Source: Candidatus Multivoradales bacterium
Lineage (GTDB): Bacteria > Acidobacteriota > Thermoanaerobaculia > Multivoradales > JAHEKO01
Direction of reading: 5' to 3'
Length of the DNA: 64,000 nt
NCBI GenBank assembly: GCA_965223855.1
Contig: CBDCXM010000008.1
Location: 640,001-704,000, forward strand
The notes under the pieces were generated by a model that was given only the letters and a program-made list of their open reading frames with translations, did not search any database and was not told the origin of the DNA. The stretch's first letter is position 1, and every line of letters starts with the position of its first letter. Of the stretch, positions 19,113-29,852 are shown one piece after another. Position numbers and translations under genes: made by a program.

Positions 19113-19621
19113 GGTCAGAACTCTACCCCTTCCAGGTTAGGTACTTCCGCGCGCCGAGAAGAAGGCGAAGCTCGTCGTCGCGCCCATGAGCCGGAAGGGC
19201 GAACTCATCTGGGACGAGTAGCAGGTAGGAGACCGGCTGGCTGAAGCCAGCTGTGGTCCCTGGAGCGTCAACCGGGACCTTGGCCGTCGCAAACCATGCC
19301 GGGACGGGCGTAGAGGACAACCGCTCGACGACCAGAACCGCTCGCCGAAGACTCAGAGCGAGTCGGTCGGTTCTTGCGAAACGGCCTGGCAAGCGGCTCG
19401 GCGAAAAGTTGCGCTTTGAGCCCCGGTGATCGAATCGAACGCGAAGATAGGAGCAGAACGATGGACTGGTCGCCTCGAAGCTCCGCCGAGACTTGACCCA
19501 GGCGTGTCCGGGAAAATGGGAAGCGGCATCTAGCGCGGTCTCAGGCGACAATTCCATTGTGACTCGCCCTCGTCCAAGGGCTAGCAACTCCGGTGCTGCA
19601 CTCGCTACTCCGGATCTCAGC

Positions 19622-19939
19622 TCACTGAGACCACACGGAAACAAGAGGATTAAAGCGGTAACCGCGACCGCGCACCGTGACGATGAATGCGTTTCGCTCC
19701 GCACCACGGAGCGCTCGTCGGGCAGCCCAGATGGCGTTGGGTACGGTGCTTTCCGCGAGGTGCGCGCCGTCCCAGACACTCTCGATCAGATCTTCTCTAC
19801 TCACCAGTCGGTGCCGATGTTCGAGCAGAAACTCCACCACGTCGAAAGCCCGAGCTTCGAGGGGCTGCGTGTGGCCGAAGACCGTCAGTTCCCTATCAAC
19901 TGTATCGACCGTTCGCCCGTTGAAGACATAGAGCGTCAT
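19622..19939 (-). CDS. Stand-alone OmpR/CadC-type winged-helix DNA-binding protein
   Basis: AFDVVEFLLEHRHRLVSREDLIESVW…IVTVRGRGYRF Trans_reg_C pattern. Confidence 0.75.
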   Translation of the reverse strand: MTLYVFNGRTVDTVDRELTVFGHTQPLEARAFDVVEFLLEHRHRLVSREDLIESVWDGAHLAESTVPNAIWAARRALRGAERNAFIVTVRGRGYRFNPLVSVWSQ

Positions 19940-20476
19940 CGGCCGCCCTCCGCAGGAGGCGGAAGATCATCGTGTCGTTGTCGACGGAGCTCCTCTGCAA
20001 GAAGCAGCCGTCGGAGGCCCGAAGCGGACCTCCGACGGCCGTTCACAAACTGGCGCTGGAGGTTTGTGGGACTTGTAGACGCGCCAGCCTGACTCAGATA
20101 GGTGAAGCCGAGAGGCACCATGAGTTCCGTTCCGTACGCCTCGTCTGTTGCAAGGCCGCTGTCTGGCTCGACGAAGTGACGGCCAGCATCGAGCTCGTGC
20201 GATATCGGGGCATCGTCTAGTACGCGGAGTTGCATCGACGGCGGAGCCATCTGCCAAGCGGTTCAGAACCTGTGCTACCCGGGCATGACCACGTTCTCCG
20301 TCCGAGGTTTCTTGGACCAAGCCGAGATCTGGTGAGGCACCGTGCTTCATCGACGTGCTTCCCAGATGAAATCGGCCGCCGGAGACCCGTCAGGTATCTC
20401 CGGCGGCCTGCGGTGAGCGGAGTGCTTGAGTACTGGGCCGATCATCGTGCTCGCCGCTCAGCGCGCTAGGAGGAAC

Positions 20477-23467
20477 CTATCTCCAGTTCACCCGGACGCC
20501 GAAGCGGTAGATGCGCGGCGACAGGGTCTCCGTGAGATTGTCCGCAGTCGAGGCGTCGAGACGACGGCGACGCTGCAGGACAGTGGTCTCGTCGAGCACG
20601 TTGAAGACATCGATCGAGGCCGAGAAACCGACGTTACCGGTCGACGCGAACTCCTTCTCGAGTCGCAGGTCGAACGTGGTGATGTCGGGGGCGCGGAACG
20701 AATCCAGGGCGGTAGTGACCTGCACGTCCTTGGCGAACGCGTCCGCCGGGCGCACGTTGTCGTAGTACGGCAGCGGAGTGCCCTCACGACTGTACAGGTT
20801 ACCGGCGATGTTGAAGCCCCACGGCTGGTCCGGAGCAACCTGGTACATACCGTTCAGGTTGAACTGGAAGCCGCTCTCGAGGAAGACGTCCTGCTTGGCG
20901 CCAGAACCGGCAGCCTGGACAGCGAAGAGACCACCCTCGTTGTCGAAGCCACCCTCTTCGTCAGTGGGATCGTAGTTGGCGATGTAGCTCGAGCCAAGGC
21001 TGTAGGTGCCCTCACCGGAGGTGAAGTAACCACGCAGCATCCACTGGTTGGAGAGGCGCTTGGTGAAGTTGACGCTGATCCCCTCGTACTCCACCGAACG
21101 GTCGGTGTTCTCGAGAAGTTGGCCGCCCGTGCGGGAACCCGCGGGAAGCGAGTAGTACGGGGCGCTGTACGGCGTGCCGTCCGGCAGGATGCCTTCCAGC
21201 GTGCCAGCAAGCTCGTAGTCGGCCGCCGTGGAAGGACGGGGACCGTTGCCGAGGTCGATCATCTGGCGAGTGCCGAGAATGTCATCGGTCTCACGCAGGG
21301 TGACCGTCGCACCGGCGACGAACTCAGGCGCGAAGGCGTGCTCGACGCCAACGATGAGCTCGTTGATCATCGACGGATCCAGACCCGGGTCCGTGACGTT
21401 CACGCTCTCGATGGAGGTCGGGTCCGAAGGATCGAAACCAACGTTGCCGTCGAACGTCAGAGGAGACTCGTTGAAGTCGTCCCAGATACCGTTGCCGTTG
21501 ACGTCATCGAAGATGAACGTGGCGTAGGCACGGCCGGCGGGGTTGGTGCGGTTGATGTTGGCCGTCGACAGCTGCTCCGGGAACTGCGAGAAGCTACCGC
21601 GGAGAAGCGTCTTGCGCTCCTCACCGAGGGCGTAGGTCACACCAACGCGCGGGGTGATGGTCGACCACTCGAACGGAGCGGCCGCACCCGGGTACGAGAA
21701 CGCCGGAAGAACGTCCGGAACCTCGACGGCTGCAGGAACCGAGGCCGCCTCGTTGCGACCGTCCTGGAGGTCGTAGCGCAGACCGACGTTGATCGTCAGG
21801 TTGCCCGTGGAGATCGTGTCCTGAATCCACGCCGACTGGTAGGACGTGGTTACCGGTGGGCCGTCGATACCGCGGAAGTGCACGGTCTGAGGAACACCGA
21901 AGAAGTTCTCGTTGATGTGGAAAAGGTCGCGGCCCGGCCACAGGAAGTCGGAGCGCTGGTCGAAGTCACGCTGACGAGCACCGAACTTGATCTCGTGGCC
22001 GGCGTTGCCGGTGTTGAAGAAGTAGGAGCCGTCGATCTTGACTTCCTCGGACGGACGACTGGAGCTACCGGAGAGATAGCTGTTGCCCCAACCCTCGGCA
22101 GCCCAGGTGGTCTCGGGAGCCGCGGTGATCGAACCTGCGGCGATGACCGCCTTGGACGTCAGTGAGAAGCCGCCGTCGACCTTCGACAGCGTGCCGCCGA
22201 TGAAGAAGTTGGAGTTCACGACGTGCGTGTCCTCGAACTTGATGATGGCGGACGGACCACGCTGATCCCACGTCGTGGGCTGCGGGCGCGTCGGGCCGGC
22301 GTTACGGCCGAACTTCTTCTTGTCGCCGTTGTTCCAGGAGCCGGTGAACGAGTTCGAGCTGCCGAGCTGACCGTTGATCTTCAGCGCGGTGTTCTCGAGG
22401 ATCGTGTCATCAGCCTGGACGGCGTCGGGCGAAGCAGCACCAGTGCGGTTCTTGATGTCGTTCGAACCGAACGAACCCCAGAACCACAGCTTGTCCTTGA
22501 CGGCGGGGCCACCGGCCTCGAAACCGTACTCCTGGACCTGGTTGATGGTGTTGCCGATGAAGCGCGTCTGCGGCGCGCCCTGCGGCGAACCGTCGGGCAG
22601 GTTCTGCGTGTTGCCAACGTTACCCCCGCCAAGAATGCCGCTCGAGGCGTTGAAGTCCGGCACGTTCTGCTCCAGGGCACCGTTGAAGAAGTTGTCATCG
22701 GTGCGGAGGAACCGGGCGCTGCCACGGAACTCGTTGGTGCCGCGCTTCGTCACGAGGTTCACGGAGACGCCGGCGTTCGACTTGGTGACGTCGGTGCCGC
22801 CGGTGGTGAACTGCATCTCGGTGAACTGGTCGAAGTCGTAGTACGTCGCCGAAGCGCCGACTGCGGCCATGTCAGTGGTCTCGACACCGTCGATGAGGAA
22901 AGCGTTCTCATCGTCGCCAACGCCGGGGCCGGTGAAGGTGGACTGCTGCCCACTCTCGTTACCGCCGACGTTGATGCGATCGACCATGACGCCGGGGGTC
23001 TGAGAAAGCACCGACCACGGGTCGCGGGCCGTCGGGATCTTCTCGAGCTCGACCTGACTGATCGTTGTACCGGTGGTGAGCTTACGCTCGTCGAGGAGCG
23101 GGCTCTCCGAGGTGACGGTGATCGTCTCCTCGACGGCCGGGGACATCGACAGTTCGATGGTCGTGTTGAGACCGACACGAATGTTGACGTTGGGATACTC
23201 GATGGTCGAGAAACCCTCGAGCTCCGAAGTGAGCTGGACGTTGCCGGGGTCGATCGCCAGGAAGCGAGTCTGACCGTTTCCGTCGGTGACCTGGACACGC
23301 GGCGCGCCTGCGCCAGTCATCGTCACCGTAACGCCCGGCAGGGGAGCACCCTCGTTGTCCACGGCGCGGACGTAGAGGTTACCCGTAGCCGTCTGCGCGG
23401 ACACCATACCGACGGTGCCGAGCAGCAGGGCGAGGCAGAGGAAGAGTTGACTGATAACTCTCTTCAT
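20477..23467 (-). CDS. TonB-dependent receptor (Oar-like, carboxypeptidase regulatory-like N-domain)
   Basis: Signal peptide, GAPLPGVTVT, IPTARDPWSVL, VNLVTKRGTN plug motif, terminal PRIYRFGVRVNW strand. Confidence 0.9.
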   Translation of the reverse strand: MKRVISQLFLCLALLLGTVGMVSAQTATGNLYVRAVDNEGAPLPGVTVTMTGAGAPRVQVTDGNGQTRFLAIDPGNVQLTSELEGFSTIEYPNVNIRVGLNTTIELSMSPAVEETITVTSESPLLDERKLTTGTTISQVELEKIPTARDPWSVLSQTPGVMVDRINVGGNESGQQSTFTGPGVGDDENAFLIDGVETTDMAAVGASATYYDFDQFTEMQFTTGGTDVTKSNAGVSVNLVTKRGTNEFRGSARFLRTDDNFFNGALEQNVPDFNASSGILGGGNVGNTQNLPDGSPQGAPQTRFIGNTINQVQEYGFEAGGPAVKDKLWFWGSFGSNDIKNRTGAASPDAVQADDTILENTALKINGQLGSSNSFTGSWNNGDKKKFGRNAGPTRPQPTTWDQRGPSAIIKFEDTHVVNSNFFIGGTLSKVDGGFSLTSKAVIAAGSITAAPETTWAAEGWGNSYLSGSSSRPSEEVKIDGSYFFNTGNAGHEIKFGARQRDFDQRSDFLWPGRDLFHINENFFGVPQTVHFRGIDGPPVTTSYQSAWIQDTISTGNLTINVGLRYDLQDGRNEAASVPAAVEVPDVLPAFSYPGAAAPFEWSTITPRVGVTYALGEERKTLLRGSFSQFPEQLSTANINRTNPAGRAYATFIFDDVNGNGIWDDFNESPLTFDGNVGFDPSDPTSIESVNVTDPGLDPSMINELIVGVEHAFAPEFVAGATVTLRETDDILGTRQMIDLGNGPRPSTAADYELAGTLEGILPDGTPYSAPYYSLPAGSRTGGQLLENTDRSVEYEGISVNFTKRLSNQWMLRGYFTSGEGTYSLGSSYIANYDPTDEEGGFDNEGGLFAVQAAGSGAKQDVFLESGFQFNLNGMYQVAPDQPWGFNIAGNLYSREGTPLPYYDNVRPADAFAKDVQVTTALDSFRAPDITTFDLRLEKEFASTGNVGFSASIDVFNVLDETTVLQRRRRLDASTADNLTETLSPRIYRFGVRVNWR

Positions 23468-24151
23468 CTGGATCTCCTTTCTTGGTTCGACGGCCGCCGC
23501 CAGTGGCGGAACGTCGCCAGGCCTAGCTGGTGCAAACTGAGGGCCTCATGCCAGGTCAGGCTGCGCTCATCGCCGATCTATGTACTTGATATGAAGACCA
23601 CTTAGCCGACTTTCCTCAGATTTCTCAAGATCGAGGAGCCGGTCTCGGCTCGCTCTCCCAGGCCGCTCTTGGGTCGGATGTGCATCGAATCGGTTCAAGC
23701 AGGTGAACGCCCGCTTCAACGATCTCGTGCTTCTTCACGTTCTCGTGGCCTCGACTTCGCACTCTTCGCCGACGGGCTTCGAAAGCGGCAATACCAGCGC
23801 CTGATCCTCAACCGATCCTCGTCACTTGCTTTCTTCCCGGCCAGCCAACGACCGCGACGGAGGGGGCGTCGGCCGGTCACGATGCCGAGAGGCTGTGCGA
23901 TGGCCGTGGTGCATACTCCGGAGCAGCCGGCACCACCGTACTCCGAGAGGCGTCCGCCAGCTTCGCAGGCCGTCGCGGTAGAGATCAGGGCGAGCCCGAA
24001 GTACGTCGGGTCCTACAGTCCGAAGAACGACTCCGTCCCCCGATAGTGGAGGCGCTCCTCTTCACCCGTTACCGTGGTGAGAGGCTGAGTCACCCGGCCG
24101 CAGCGATCTACGCACCGGCCAGAGGGCAGAGCCCCGGAAGCGCGAGCTTCC

Positions 24152-26290
24152 TCACCGTCGCCCCGACTTGTGCGCCACGAAGACGACCTGATCAGTGCCG
24201 AGATAGCCCAGCTCCAGCGACCAGAAGAGGTGCGCCTCGACCTTGTGGAACCCTGCCGCCCTCACCTGGTCGAGCAGCTCCCAGCCGAACTCCCGATAGA
24301 CCCCGGTGGTCCGCCCGCCGATGCGCTTGCGGTTCTCCTGCCGATCGGTCCAGAAGGAGCCGGTGAAGACCATCGTCCCGCCCGGAGCGAGGCGCGCGAA
24401 GCAGGCATCGATCGCCGCACCGCAATCGGGTGCGCGGTCGAGCATGTCGATCACCACGAGAACCTCGGTCGGCTCCGCCGCCGACCGGAAGCGCCCGTCC
24501 TCGTCTCCCGGCTCCGGCTGCCAGGAGGTGACGCTCGTGAAGCGATCGCGAAGCGCGTGGCCGACCTCGTCCTCGAGCTCCCAGACCGCCATCGTGTCGT
24601 CCTTCCCGGGAGCGACCACCGACAGCAGCACCTGCAGCAACCCCCGGGCCTTGCAGTTGAGCGCGCACCGCTGGCACACGAGCCGCTCGCGCCAGTTCGG
24701 CCGACCCGCCTCGACGTCACCGCCGAACTCGAAATCGACGTGCATCGGCGTCCGGCTCGCGCAGAACACGCAGACCGCATCGACCAGAAACGGCACCCGC
24801 CCTTCGGCGAGCCCGACCTCGATCTCGCGGCGACGAAGGTACTCGCCCCGTCGCTCGGCCCGCCACGCCCGGAACGGCTCCAGCCGAGCGAAGGGCACCG
24901 TCTCGAGCAACGCCAGCGGGTCACACTCCGGCGCCTCCTCCGCCACGCGCTCGGCCACTCGCTGCTCGAGCAGGTCGCAGCATCGACCGGCGGCCGCGAC
25001 GGCTTCGGCACCGCTCGGGGCCGCCTTCAGGCGGACGATCGGAATCCCGGAGCCGGAAGCCCACTCGGGCGGTCGTCGGTCCATTCCGACCAGACAGCCG
25101 GCCGCAGCCACGCTGTCGCCACCGGAGGGGATCTCCATCACGCCGTCGCTTCCGCCCAGGGCCGCCAGGAGTGCAGCGTCGGCCTCGCGATCCAGGCCGA
25201 GGGCGGCACTCGGATAGCGCTGCCGCACCAGCGGCAGCACGTCGCCGAGAAACCCGGAGAGCACATCGTGCTGCGTCGCAGCGGCGTCCGTGGAGTCGGC
25301 TCCGCCGAAGCGGAAGTAGAGGAGGTTCCCTTCGTCCCCGGCCTTGTCGGAACTTCGGGCCGCGACCGAGTGGCTCTCGAAGCCCTCCCAACCGCGGTGG
25401 CTCTCCCCCAGCGAGCGCCCCTCGAACCGGCCTCTCGCGACGACCCTCATGTCGAAGGTGTCGACCCCGAGCTCCTCCAGCTTCGTCGACAGCCGGTGCT
25501 CTCTGAGGATCGCCGTCGCCTTGTCTTCGAACCGCCGCAAGGTCGCCTCCGAAAGCTCGAAGGCCGAATGCCACTGCTCGCCGACAGCGATGTCGGGCGA
25601 CGCTCCCGCCGCGGCAGGTCTGACGAGCCACCTCTCGAGCCGCGACGCCAGCGCTCGACTGAGCGGCGCATCGGCCGCCCAGGGCGAGCGCCAGTCGCCG
25701 CTGAAGAAGCGTCGCCTCTCGATGCCGTCGCCGAACCGGCCCAGTCTCGGCAGCAGACTCGCCGGGCAGATCAGATAGCTGGTGCGCAACCACCCCCGGT
25801 AGCGCCTCCCCAGCAGCTCCAACTCCTCGCCGAAGGAGTCGTACCAACCGACGACCGCCCGGCGTTCCCGAACGAGATCGATCGTCCTGGCGTCGATCAG
25901 GTCGAGATAGCCGTCGCCGTTGGCTCGGAAGGCATCCGTTGTCAGCAGGACGACGTCGTGGAGTCGGCCGGTGGCAGCGAGATGATCGATCCCCTCGTCG
26001 AAGGCCGAGAACTCCCAGGCCGCGTTGCTGCCGGCGATACGGGTGTCGTCGAAGCCCGACGGCCCCGAGGTCGCCCGTTCGGGGAGAGAGACCTCGGAAA
26101 GGGGTGCATCCTCGGACACCTCCGAGGCCGCGTTGTCCACCACCACCCCGGAGATTCGCTCCTGCCCGAATCGTTCCAGATGCTCGCGCAGCACTCGCCA
26201 CGCGCGCGGATACTTCTCCCGGTCGTAGCGGGCCATGACGACCGACAAGCCCGTCGATCGCTCACCTCCGGGTCGCTCCTGGTCAGACAC
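24152..26290 (-). CDS. Multidomain glycan-modification protein with C-terminal methyltransferase-like domain
   Basis: SNAAWEFSAFDEG N-domain; CVFC…NWRERLVCQRC ribbon followed by a degenerate SAM-MTase fold (RLAPGGTMVFT); coupled to upstream GT gene. Confidence 0.55.
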   Translation of the reverse strand: MSDQERPGGERSTGLSVVMARYDREKYPRAWRVLREHLERFGQERISGVVVDNAASEVSEDAPLSEVSLPERATSGPSGFDDTRIAGSNAAWEFSAFDEGIDHLAATGRLHDVVLLTTDAFRANGDGYLDLIDARTIDLVRERRAVVGWYDSFGEELELLGRRYRGWLRTSYLICPASLLPRLGRFGDGIERRRFFSGDWRSPWAADAPLSRALASRLERWLVRPAAAGASPDIAVGEQWHSAFELSEATLRRFEDKATAILREHRLSTKLEELGVDTFDMRVVARGRFEGRSLGESHRGWEGFESHSVAARSSDKAGDEGNLLYFRFGGADSTDAAATQHDVLSGFLGDVLPLVRQRYPSAALGLDREADAALLAALGGSDGVMEIPSGGDSVAAAGCLVGMDRRPPEWASGSGIPIVRLKAAPSGAEAVAAAGRCCDLLEQRVAERVAEEAPECDPLALLETVPFARLEPFRAWRAERRGEYLRRREIEVGLAEGRVPFLVDAVCVFCASRTPMHVDFEFGGDVEAGRPNWRERLVCQRCALNCKARGLLQVLLSVVAPGKDDTMAVWELEDEVGHALRDRFTSVTSWQPEPGDEDGRFRSAAEPTEVLVVIDMLDRAPDCGAAIDACFARLAPGGTMVFTGSFWTDRQENRKRIGGRTTGVYREFGWELLDQVRAAGFHKVEAHLFWSLELGYLGTDQVVFVAHKSGRR

Positions 26291-29200
26291 GCGTCGCGTT
26301 GCGCTCCACGCTCTCGACCGACAGCCCGCACGACTCGAGCATCCCCGCGATCTCGCGCTTCGCCACCTCGCGCGAGAAGTGCCGGCGTGTGTTCGCGACT
26401 CCGCCGCCCGAAAGGCGGTACCAGAGCCACGGGTTGCGGTGCGCTCGAACGACCTGCTCGGCGAACCCCGCGACCGAATCGGCGATGAGGACGTCCCGAC
26501 CGTGTGTCAGGGCCATCCCTTCCGCTGCCGGTGTGGTCGCCACGCACGGCACGCCGTGGGCGAGACTCTGATTGACCTTCCCCTTCACCCCCGCACCGTA
26601 ACGCAGCGGTGCAACGGAGAGTCGACAACCGGAGAGAAACGGGCCGAGATCCTCGACGAAGCCGTGCACCTCGACATTCGCGCTCTCGAGTCGCTCGACC
26701 TCGGCGGTCGGCTTGCTGCCGATCACATGCAGCTTGAAACCGGGGAGCTTGTCGAGCACCCCGGGAAGCACCTGCTCGACGAACCAGCAGACCGCGTCGA
26801 CATTGGGAGGGTGCTCGAAGCCGCCGATGAAGAAGGCGTCCCTGCGGCCGAGGAAACCGCGGGTTCGACCGGGCACGTCGTGGATGTTGGAGATCAGCCG
26901 CACCGAGGCTTCCGGAGCCCGCTCGACGAGGATCTGCCGTTCGACCTCGCTCACGACGACGGTCGCGGCTGCATTCTCGATCAGCTCGAGCTCTTGCCGC
27001 TCCAACTCCTCGGCCCGGCGTGTTCTGTCGGCGTCCTCCTCGAGCCGTGCCCGGCGCTGCTCTCTCAGAAACTGGAGGTCGACGGTGTCGAAGATCACCG
27101 GCTTGCCCTGGAAGACCTCCGACACCACAGGGAAGACGTCGTCGGCGACGTGGAAGCGGCACAGCATCGCCGCGTCGAAACGATGGGCCTGCCTCTCGAT
27201 GAAGTCCTGGAGCGATTCGACCCACGGCCGCGACACGACCTCGATGCCCCGGCGCCGCAGCGCCGCGGCGTACGGCTCGTTCGCCAGCAGATTCTCAGGC
27301 ACCAGGGTGATCCCGACTCCGAGCTCTCCGAGCAGGTCGAGGAGGTGCATCATTCTGAGCGACCCCGAGTCCTGATCAGGAGTCGGCAGCCGGTGGTCGA
27401 TGACCAGCAGTCGGAGTCCGTGACCGGGAGTGCCGCTACCGGAAGCGAGCCTGCTCTCGGAGACTCTTCGGCCGACAAGATCCGCGGTCGTCGGTTCGTC
27501 GCAGACAGCGACGCATCGCGGGTGCAGATAGGCCCGGCCTCCCCGCTCTTCGAGGAGCTTCACGAGGGGCGCGAGGGCGTCGCGATCGAAGAGCTGCGAA
27601 TCGCGGTCGAGCACCCCCAGCAGCGACGACTTCGGCGCGGCGAGGATCCCGGGCGGCGGCACCGCGACCGGTCGCACGAAGCTCGATTCGAGGCCGTAGC
27701 CGTTCTGCTCGTCGATCAGCACTCCGCGGGCCGTACCCTCGCTCGCGACCCCCTCGCTCGCGAGAAGCTCCCCCTCCGCGTCGCGCAGGCACGGTGCGAC
27801 AAACGATCCGGGGGGAAGAGCATCGACCGTCGTCGCCAGCTCTCCGGCATCGTCGGCACTGATCGACAGACCCTGCTGAAGGACCACCGCCCGCGAGGCG
27901 CGACTGCGGCGGAGACTCTGCCGGATGCCCCGCGTCGCGGAGCTCGAAGACCGGTAGTGCCACAGCGGGTGCTTTCTGAGCGCCTCTCCTAGACCGCGGG
28001 AGACGCCACAGTCGACGACGTGGAACTCGAACCGATTCGAGCTGGCGAGCGCGACGAGACTGCGCAGGCTCGCGAGCGCCCGCTCGCCACCGTCGCGCAG
28101 CACGAGGACCCAGGCGACGTCGGCCCCCCCGACCGGGTTGCCAGCCGATTCGACGCCCGAGCCGATCGCCTCGAGCTCCGCAGCGAAGTGACGCTGCTCG
28201 GCGTCGACGCCGCCGAACCAGCGGCCGAGCGTTCGGGTGATGCGCTGGTAGCCCCTCCAAGGAAGACTCTCGGTCAGCCCCCGGACCTGCAGGACCGATC
28301 GCTCGATGGAGCTCAGTCGCCGGCCGTGATCGGCGTATCCCTGCGCTACCCACTCGGTGCCTTCGGCCAGTACCACCAACTGACGGCGCTGCGACTCGAG
28401 CGCCTGTTCGCCCTCGGCGACCCGGTCGCTCAGCGACTCCGCTTCCGCACGCAGCCTCTCGCTCGCCGACTCGAGTCGCTCGAGGTCCGAGGCGAGCCGG
28501 ATCGCGCTGTCACCCTGCCAGCGCAACCGCGCGTCGATCCCGGCAGCCTCAGCGGCCGCCTCGTCGAGCGCGTCGCGCGTCCGCCGCAATCCGCGCTCCG
28601 CCTCCTTGCGAGCGGCCGCCGTAGCCTCGTCGAGCCGGCGCCGATCGAGCGCAGCCTCGTCCAGACGCCGGTCGAGCCATCCCGTCACCTCCACCAGGTC
28701 GTCGGCCCGCGAAGAGAGCGTCCGGGTAGCCGCCTCGATCCGCTCCAGATCCTTCAGCCGCTCGAGGAACTGCCGGTCGCGCTCGTCGGTCTCACGCTGG
28801 AAGCGCTCCGCCTTGCGGATGCGCTCCTCGATCTCGGCTCGCAGCTGTGCGACCACTTCGCGCTGCCGCTGCGCCTCCCGCTCGAGCTCCTCGGCGCGCT
28901 TCGAGCGCTCTTCCATGCTCTGACGCAGATCGCTCAGTCGGCGACGACCCTGCTTGACCTCCTCGTCGAGCTCGAGCGCCCAGCGGGTGCGCTCGTCGAA
29001 CTCCTCCTGGAGCGTGCCGAGACGCGACGACTTCTCGTCCACCTCTTCTGCCAGCGCCTGCGCCCAGCGTGTCCGGTCCTCGAGCTCCTCCTGCAGCTCG
29101 TGGACGCGGTGGGTCCGCTCCCGGAGCCGGTTGGCCCGACCGACGACGTACTCCCCTCGCAGCGCCTGTCGCACCCGCTCCTCGCGGTGACCGCAGAAGG

Positions 29201-29852
29201 CGAAGAAGTAGTCGCAGGTCTCGCGCAGGTCGGACTCGTCGCCGAGGGCGAGGGGTTGCGCTACACCCGCGCCGGTAGTGAGCGGCTCGAAGAGCGCCCC
29301 CTCGGTCGTCATCTGCCCGAGCATCTCGACGTGGGGAAAAGCCCCCGACAGAAGCTCCAGGAACTCGTCGTAGTAGAACTCCCGGACGTGAAACGGATTG
29401 ACCGCCTCCGGCCGCTCGTCCCGGTAGGTGCGTCGGTTCGGCGTCGAGACGAGAAACAACCCGTCGTCCGCGAGCAGGCGGCTCGCCGCCGAGATCAGCG
29501 CCTCGGGCCGCTCGACATGCTCCACCAGCTCGAAGGCGGCGACGATGTCCGCCGATCGGTCCGGAAGGCACGGCTTGCGCGCATCCGCGACCACGAAGTG
29601 CGCTCCACGCCCGGCGAACCGGCGGCGGGCGTAGGAGACCGCCTCCGGCGCCACATCGAGCGACGTGACCCTGGCCGCCCCCGCCTCGAGGAGACGCCGA
29701 CTGCCGTATCCCGTGCCACAGCCGAGATCGACGACGAAGCGCCCCTCCACGAGCCGTGAGGCGATCGCATAGCGGGCCTCGTGCTCGAACTCGACCTGGC
29801 GGTCGCTCCTTCCGGGTACGACCCGCTCGCCGGTGAACTCGAGGTCACTCAC
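26283..29852 (-). CDS. Methyltransferase - coiled coil - glycosyltransferase fusion
   Basis: FTGER…DLGCGTGYG SAM motif; long heptad region; C-terminal GT-B with PDQDSGSLRM, GGFEHPPNVDA and APLRYGAGVKGKV. Confidence 0.85.
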   Translation of the reverse strand: MSDLEFTGERVVPGRSDRQVEFEHEARYAIASRLVEGRFVVDLGCGTGYGSRRLLEAGAARVTSLDVAPEAVSYARRRFAGRGAHFVVADARKPCLPDRSADIVAAFELVEHVERPEALISAASRLLADDGLFLVSTPNRRTYRDERPEAVNPFHVREFYYDEFLELLSGAFPHVEMLGQMTTEGALFEPLTTGAGVAQPLALGDESDLRETCDYFFAFCGHREERVRQALRGEYVVGRANRLRERTHRVHELQEELEDRTRWAQALAEEVDEKSSRLGTLQEEFDERTRWALELDEEVKQGRRRLSDLRQSMEERSKRAEELEREAQRQREVVAQLRAEIEERIRKAERFQRETDERDRQFLERLKDLERIEAATRTLSSRADDLVEVTGWLDRRLDEAALDRRRLDEATAAARKEAERGLRRTRDALDEAAAEAAGIDARLRWQGDSAIRLASDLERLESASERLRAEAESLSDRVAEGEQALESQRRQLVVLAEGTEWVAQGYADHGRRLSSIERSVLQVRGLTESLPWRGYQRITRTLGRWFGGVDAEQRHFAAELEAIGSGVESAGNPVGGADVAWVLVLRDGGERALASLRSLVALASSNRFEFHVVDCGVSRGLGEALRKHPLWHYRSSSSATRGIRQSLRRSRASRAVVLQQGLSISADDAGELATTVDALPPGSFVAPCLRDAEGELLASEGVASEGTARGVLIDEQNGYGLESSFVRPVAVPPPGILAAPKSSLLGVLDRDSQLFDRDALAPLVKLLEERGGRAYLHPRCVAVCDEPTTADLVGRRVSESRLASGSGTPGHGLRLLVIDHRLPTPDQDSGSLRMMHLLDLLGELGVGITLVPENLLANEPYAAALRRRGIEVVSRPWVESLQDFIERQAHRFDAAMLCRFHVADDVFPVVSEVFQGKPVIFDTVDLQFLREQRRARLEEDADRTRRAEELERQELELIENAAATVVVSEVERQILVERAPEASVRLISNIHDVPGRTRGFLGRRDAFFIGGFEHPPNVDAVCWFVEQVLPGVLDKLPGFKLHVIGSKPTAEVERLESANVEVHGFVEDLGPFLSGCRLSVAPLRYGAGVKGKVNQSLAHGVPCVATTPAAEGMALTHGRDVLIADSVAGFAEQVVRAHRNPWLWYRLSGGGVANTRRHFSREVAKREIAGMLESCGLSVESVERNATRV
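28770..29110 (-). repeat. Four 28-aa (84-nt) coiled-coil repeats
   Basis: LQEELEDRTRWAQALAEEVDEKSSRLGT / LQEEFDERTRWALELDEEVKQGRRRLSD / LRQSMEERSKRAEELEREAQRQREVVAQ / LRAEIEERIRKAERFQRETDERDRQFLE. Confidence 0.7.

Noticed and set aside
23470-24150. Possible coding or regulatory content upstream of the TonB receptor
   Set aside because: No convincing ORF, motif or known riboswitch recognised.
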